In this document: positions 37,574-42,690 of the stretch, one piece after another
Position numbering within the stretch: the stretch's first letter is position 1
How the letters are laid out: every line of letters begins with the position of its first letter
Virus record (IMG/VR): IMGVR_UViG_2718217863_000003
From: a virus
Lineage: Duplodnaviria > Heunggongvirae > Uroviricota > Caudoviricetes
Direction: 5' to 3' (one strand)
Length of the DNA: 42,690 nucleotides
Made by a program: the position numbers and the translations under genes
The notes under the pieces: model-generated
Seen by the model: the letters and a program-made list of their open reading frames with translations, nothing else
Databases searched by the model: none
What the model was told of the DNA's origin: nothing

Positions 37574-37792
37574 ATGCAGAAACGAGAACCCGTCATCATC
37601 GCGCCAGACTATACCGATGATGAACTTTATGAGTGGATGCGCCAGAAAATTAATGCAGCGCAGGATTTGAAATGGGCCAATGAAGCCAGGGCTAAGCAGG
37701 CTGAAAATCTGTCCGCTCTGGAGCAGGATATCACCAGGCTGGAAAAAGCAGCGGCATTAAGCATTGCCAGAATGATTACATACCCGCGTTAA
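37574..37792 (+). CDS. hypothetical early protein (72 aa)
   Basis: AAGGAG RBS; acidic N-terminus, coiled-coil-like C-terminus. Confidence 0.5.
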   Translation: MQKREPVIIAPDYTDDELYEWMRQKINAAQDLKWANEARAKQAENLSALEQDITRLEKAAALSIARMITYPR

Positions 37793-38360
37793 TAGATAAC
37801 CAACGAAGCTAAGGTTGGTAATTAAGGAGTTCTCCACGGGTGAGGTGGAGTGCGTGCGCCGGACACGGGTGAGCATCCGGCACTGACAGTTTACTGAAAG
37901 GATATTTCCCTGAAAAGTCAGACCATAACGCGAAAGCGCACGGCGAGGTAGCTGGTTCATAGATAGCCTGTCGTTAAATTTTCGTCGACCGTGCGCTTCC
38001 GGTTGTGGCAATCCGCGAAATGGCGCGGCGGTAAGTATGGCGGGGTTATTCCTTCCCCCGTTGAGGACACCGGGTTGTCAGGTTGACCATACGCTTAAGT
38101 GACAACCCCACTGCAACGCCCTCTGTTATCAATTTTCTGGTGACGTTTGGCGGTATCAGTTTTACTCCGTGACTGCTCTGCCGCCCTTTTTAAAGTGAAT
38201 TTTGTGATGCGGTGAATGCGGCTAAGCGCACGCGGAACAGTTAAAACCAAAAACAGTGTTATGGGTGGATTCTCTGTATCCGGCGTTAATTGTTAACTGG
38301 TTAACGTCACCTGGAGGCACCAGGCACCGCATCACAAAACTCATTGTTGAGGGCGCGATA

Positions 38361-38549
38361 ATGAAAACGTTATTACCAAACGTTAATACGTCTGAAGGTT
38401 GTTTTGAAATTGGTGTCACTATCAGTAATCCTGTATTTACTGAAGATGCCATTAACAAAAGAAAACACGAACGGGAGTTATTAAATAAAGTATGCATTGT
38501 TTCAATGCTGGCCCGTTTACGTCTGATGCCAAAAGGATGTGCACAATGA
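38361..38549 (+). CDS. hypothetical early protein (62 aa)
   Basis: internal ATG with GAGGG RBS; MKTLLPNVNTSEGCFEIGV... Confidence 0.4.
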   Translation: MKTLLPNVNTSEGCFEIGVTISNPVFTEDAINKRKHERELLNKVCIVSMLARLRLMPKGCAQ

Positions 38550-38737
38550 ATCCAGTATTTGCACTTATTCTGACGGTTTTTCTTGTTTCCGGAGAGCCAG
38601 TTGATATTGCAGTCAGTGTTCACAGAACAATGCAGGAATGTATGGCAGCAGCAACCGAACAGAAAATTCCAGGCAACTGTTATCCGGTCGATAAAGTTAT
38701 TCACCAGGATAATAACGAAATCCCGGCAGGATTTTAA
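38546..38737 (+). CDS. hypothetical small protein with N-terminal signal-like segment (63 aa)
   Basis: MNPVFALILTVFLVSGEPVD...; overlaps previous stop. Confidence 0.4.
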   Translation: MNPVFALILTVFLVSGEPVDIAVSVHRTMQECMAAATEQKIPGNCYPVDKVIHQDNNEIPAGF

Positions 38738-38830
38738 AACAGCACCGTAATAAATATCCAGTTTCATTCTTATATGTCAGCAATGGCAGAGATTTGTTCA
38801 CCCTTAAATCTGTGATGAGGTTTACCAATA

Positions 38831-41272
38831 ATGAGCACTGATAAAGAAGAATTTGCACTATATTGCGAAGCAAAAAATGACAAAGTAAGAAAACGCCTAG
38901 GAATTAAAGGTGGTTTTTACTGGACTACAGCAAAAAAATTATCTGTTGCAATCTCCCGCTGCATTACCGCAATGGATGACAACGATTATGATGAAGACGA
39001 CTTTAAAAAACCCGTCCGCGTCAATTTGCCCGTTGTTGACGACCTTCCGCCAGAAGGCGTGTTTGATACTGAATTCTGCAACCGCTATGAAAAAGGCGGG
39101 AAAGATGGCATCACAATGACATTTATCGGCCCTTCCCCCTCTGTTCAGGACAAACCAGCCAGCACTGACAATACCAACATCAACGGCGAAGCCATGACTG
39201 AGATTGAGGAGAGCATGCTTCTGCCTGTCTCCGGTCAGGAACTGCCCATTCGTTGGCTTGCTCAACACGGCAGCGAAAAACCAGTAACGCACGTTTCACG
39301 CGACGAACTCCAGGCATTACACATTGCACGGGCTGAAGAACTACCGGCTGTTACTGCCCTGGCTATTTCGCATAAAACCAGTCTGCTCGACTCGCTGGAG
39401 ATTCGCGACCTCCACAAACTGGTTCGTGACACTGACAAAGTTTTCCCTAATCCTGGTAATTCAGACCTGGGACTAATAACTGCTTTTTTCGAAGCATACC
39501 TAGACGCTGACTACACTGATCGGGGTCTGCTGACAAAAGAGTGGATGAAAGGAAATCGTGTTTCACGCATCACCCGCACGGCTTCCGGTGCTAATGCTGG
39601 CGGTGGGAACAAAACCGATCGCAATCCGAATTTAGTACACACCCTCGACACACTGGATGTGGAGATTGCAGCAGCCACACTTCCGATGGATTTTAATATT
39701 TATGAAATTCCGGGCAGCGTTTATCGTCGCGCAAAAGAAGTAGTCCTGAACAAAGAAAGTCCGTTCAAAGAATGGTCCGCAGCACTTCGTGCAACCCCGG
39801 GTATTCTGGACTATTCCCGCGCCGCTATTTTTGCACTTATCCGAAGCGCACACCCTGAATTTTATCACTACCCGGGACGCCTTCAGGGGTATATCAACGC
39901 CTATTTGACGGAAACTGATCACGAGAACCCCAGCAAGGAAACTCTCACAGCTGCCCGGCATACGCCGGAAAAAGATATCCTGGAAGAAATTAACCGCGAG
40001 GTGGTTACTGAGCGTGAAACAGAAGAAGAAAAACCACAACCATCTGACGCAATGGCAGGTGAACAGGCAACAACTGAAACAATGGAACCGGATACAACTG
40101 AACATGGCCAGAACGCGCAGTCGCTGGATGCTCAGTCGCAGGTGAGTTCCGCTAACCAAGTAAAAGTCACCGCTGACGAAGTAAACAAAATTATGCAGGC
40201 AGCCAATATCAGCCAGCCTGACGCCGATAAGTTACTTGCTGTATCGCGTGGTGAATTTGTTGAGGGGATTAGCGACCCTAATGATCCGAAATGGGTCAAA
40301 GGGATCCAGACTCGCGATTCTGTGAACCAGAACCAGCATGAATCGGAACGGAACGACCAAAAAGCGGAACAAAACAGCCCAAATGCGTTACAAAACGAGC
40401 CAGAAACGAAACAATCCGAACCAGTGGCGCAACAGGAAGTGGAAAAAGTCTGCACCGCCTGCGGTCAGACCGGCGGCGGCAACTGCCCTGATTGTGGCGC
40501 GGTGATGGGCGACGCAACATACCAGGAAACATTCGATGAAGAGTATCAGGTTGAAGTTCAGGAAGATGATCCGGAGGAAATGGAAGGCGCTGAACATCCA
40601 CACAAGGAGAACACTGGCGGCAATCAGCATCACGATAGCGATAATGAAACTGGCGAGACGGCAGATCACTCAATTAAGGTGAACGGTCATCAAGAAATCA
40701 CATCCACCAGCAGGACGTGTGACCATCTAATGATCGACCTTGAAACCATGGGAAAAAATCCTGATGCCCCGATCATCTCAATAGGTGCAATATTTTTCGA
40801 TCCGCAAACCGGAGATATGGGACCGGAATTTAGTAAGACTATCGATCTGGAAACTGCTGGCGGAGTCATTGATCGGGACACCATTAAATGGTGGCTTAAG
40901 CAATCACGCGAAGCGCAATCTGCCATTATGACCGATGAAATCCCGTTAGATGATGCACTGTTACAATTGCGGGAATTTATCGACGAAAACTCCGGTGAAT
41001 TTTTTGTTCAGGTCTGGGGAAATGGAGCCAACTTCGACAACACGATTTTGCGCCGTTCATACGAACGGCAGGGGATCCCCTGCCCGTGGCGTTACTACAA
41101 CGATCGCGATGTACGCACAATCGTTGAGCTGGGGAAAGCCATAGACTTCGATGCCAGAACGGCTATTCCATTCGAAGGTGAGCGCCATAATGCACTTGAT
41201 GACGCCCGTTACCAGGCAAAATACGTTTCAGTTATCTGGCAAAAACTGATCCCGAGTCAGGCTGATTTTTAA
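38831..41272 (+). CDS. large early-region exonuclease-domain protein (C-terminal DEDDh-type 3'-5' exonuclease motifs)
   Basis: 813 aa; C-terminal [25 protein letters not shown]; central [16 protein letters not shown]; acidic low-complexity linker. Confidence 0.65.
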   Translation: MSTDKEEFALYCEAKNDKVRKRLGIKGGFYWTTAKKLSVAISRCITAMDDNDYDEDDFKKPVRVNLPVVDDLPPEGVFDTEFCNRYEKGGKDGITMTFIGPSPSVQDKPASTDNTNINGEAMTEIEESMLLPVSGQELPIRWLAQHGSEKPVTHVSRDELQALHIARAEELPAVTALAISHKTSLLDSLEIRDLHKLVRDTDKVFPNPGNSDLGLITAFFEAYLDADYTDRGLLTKEWMKGNRVSRITRTASGANAGGGNKTDRNPNLVHTLDTLDVEIAAATLPMDFNIYEIPGSVYRRAKEVVLNKESPFKEWSAALRATPGILDYSRAAIFALIRSAHPEFYHYPGRLQGYINAYLTETDHENPSKETLTAARHTPEKDILEEINREVVTERETEEEKPQPSDAMAGEQATTETMEPDTTEHGQNAQSLDAQSQVSSANQVKVTADEVNKIMQAANISQPDADKLLAVSRGEFVEGISDPNDPKWVKGIQTRDSVNQNQHESERNDQKAEQNSPNALQNEPETKQSEPVAQQEVEKVCTACGQTGGGNCPDCGAVMGDATYQETFDEEYQVEVQEDDPEEMEGAEHPHKENTGGNQHHDSDNETGETADHSIKVNGHQEITSTSRTCDHLMIDLETMGKNPDAPIISIGAIFFDPQTGDMGPEFSKTIDLETAGGVIDRDTIKWWLKQSREAQSAIMTDEIPLDDALLQLREFIDENSGEFFVQVWGNGANFDNTILRRSYERQGIPCPWRYYNDRDVRTIVELGKAIDFDARTAIPFEGERHNALDDARYQAKYVSVIWQKLIPSQADF

Positions 41273-41333
41273 TGTTCAACCGTCGCCAGTTGTCGTTGAT
41301 ATTCTGCAACTGGCGCGTTCCGGAGTGATAGCC

Positions 41334-41603
41334 ATGAGCGAACAGTACCTGATAACGCTCGACGAGTGGAAACCAAAACGGTTCAGTCTCCCAATAACAA
41401 ACACTACCCTGGTGAAATACGGAAAACTAGGATACATCGTTCCAAGGCCACAAAAAATTCGTGGGCGTTGGCTGATAGATCGCCGAGCAGTATTTGTTGG
41501 GCCTGGTGAAACGGGAATTGCGCCGGAAATTCATACTGGCGATGATGATGCACTGAAGGAGATTTTAACTCATGTCACCGAGGCCACGAAAAAACAGCAC
41601 TGA
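41334..41603 (+). CDS. xis: putative excisionase
   Basis: 89 aa immediately upstream of and overlapping int; GGAG RBS. Confidence 0.55.
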   Translation: MSEQYLITLDEWKPKRFSLPITNTTLVKYGKLGYIVPRPQKIRGRWLIDRRAVFVGPGETGIAPEIHTGDDDALKEILTHVTEATKKQH

Positions 41604-42690
41604 CGTAGCCGGTCTTTACGAAAAGTTTGATCGCAGAACTGGCAGAGTTTACTACCAGTATAAAAATCCTGTGACTGGAAAATTTCACGGACTCGGAACA
41701 GACAAAGGTAAGGCAGAAAAAATCGCTTCCACAGCCAATCAGCGAATAGCTGCAGCAGAAGCTGAATATTTCATGCGCAAAATTGATGAAAGTCTGTCAG
41801 CAACAAAACGTCGGGGTATCAGATTAAAGGCATGGGTTGATCGATATCTGAAAATACAGGACACGCGACTGAAAAATGGAGATATTGCAGCTACAACTCA
41901 CAAAGAAAAAACTCGAATGGCTGCATACCTGGTTTCCCGTCTGGGAAACCACCCATTGAAAGAACTGGAAGTAAGAGACTTTGCATTAATACTGGATGAG
42001 TGGCTGGATAAAGACATGGTCAGCACAGCGAGAGTAAATCGTGGATTATGGGTTGATATTTATAAAGAAGCACAGCATGCAGGGGAAGTTCCTCCTGGAT
42101 GGAATCCTCCGGAGGCTACCCGTAAACCGATCCCTAAAGTAACCAGAGCCAGGCTCACCATGGAAGACTGGCAAAAAATTTACAATGCAACGCCTGAAAA
42201 ACACTTTATCCGTAACGCAATGCTTCTTGCGATTGTTACTGGTCAGCGCCGTGATGACATTTGCCACATGCGTTTTTCAGATGTGTGGAACGAACACTTG
42301 CATATCACCCAGGGAAAAACCGGAATGCGTCTGGCGTTACCGCTTACACTACGCTGTGATGCCATTGGGATAACGTTAAAAGAAGTTATTGATGGGTGCC
42401 GAGACAGAATATTAAGTCCATATCTAATCCATAGTCGGCACCAGAAACAACCGAAGCCGATGAGTAAAGACAACCTGAGCGACTACTTTGCCAAAGCACG
42501 GGATCTGGCTGGGATAATTCCACCAGCAGGAAAAACTCCGCCAACATTTCATGAACAACGCTCTCTATCAGAACGGCTGTACCGTGCACAGGGTATCGAT
42601 ACAAAAACATTACTAGGACATAAAGTCCAGGCAACCACCGATCGCTATAACGATACTCGAGGTCAGGAATGGGTTAAGTTGGTTATTTGA
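41572..42690 (+). CDS. int: tyrosine site-specific integrase (lambda Int family)
   Basis: 372 aa; C-terminal catalytic region ...HEQRSLSERLY...LLGHKVQATTDRY; stop at window end. Confidence 0.9.
   Translation: MSPRPRKNSTDVAGLYEKFDRRTGRVYYQYKNPVTGKFHGLGTDKGKAEKIASTANQRIAAAEAEYFMRKIDESLSATKRRGIRLKAWVDRYLKIQDTRLKNGDIAATTHKEKTRMAAYLVSRLGNHPLKELEVRDFALILDEWLDKDMVSTARVNRGLWVDIYKEAQHAGEVPPGWNPPEATRKPIPKVTRARLTMEDWQKIYNATPEKHFIRNAMLLAIVTGQRRDDICHMRFSDVWNEHLHITQGKTGMRLALPLTLRCDAIGITLKEVIDGCRDRILSPYLIHSRHQKQPKPMSKDNLSDYFAKARDLAGIIPPAGKTPPTFHEQRSLSERLYRAQGIDTKTLLGHKVQATTDRYNDTRGQEWVKLVI

Noticed and set aside
38222-38767. 181-aa minus-strand ORF
   Set aside because: Antisense to two small plus-strand genes of the early operon; Cys/Phe-rich low-quality translation
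39632-40673. Minus-strand ORFs 39632..40159, 40132..40455, 40296..40673
   Set aside because: All antisense within the 813-aa exonuclease gene
1-42690. CRISPR array or rRNA genes
   Set aside because: No regularly spaced direct repeats with unique spacers and no rRNA-like sequence were seen

Overview
This window is almost entirely one lambdoid prophage of an enterobacterial (E. coli-like) host, lying in reverse orientation: late genes on the minus strand, cI/exonuclease/xis/int on the plus strand, with int ending at the right edge of the window. From left to right: an IS629-like IS3-family element (cut by the window edge) inserted into the 3' end of the side tail fiber gene; lom; lambda-like tail genes J-I-K-L-M-H-GT/G-V; HK97-like head-tail joining, major capsid, protease, portal, large and small terminase and HNH endonuclease; a cos-proximal region; bor; a phage-21-like lysis cassette (pinholin, SAR endolysin, Rz/Rz1) with one extra unknown gene; a 1,070-bp IS30-family (ISApl1-like) insertion; two diverged tandem noncoding modules; a tRNA (CAU) and a tRNA-Arg-like fragment; pR'/tR' and Q; RusA; a DUF968-like protein; a hok toxin; several small moron-like genes; a replication initiator with internal iterons; a Rac-like ydaT/cro/cI immunity region; a large exonuclease; xis; int. 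No stx genes, CRISPR array or rRNA were seen. All calls rest on reading the ORF translations and sequence motifs by eye. Family names come from recollection and no database search was run. Coordinates of small RNA and regulatory elements are approximate (about +/-2 nt).
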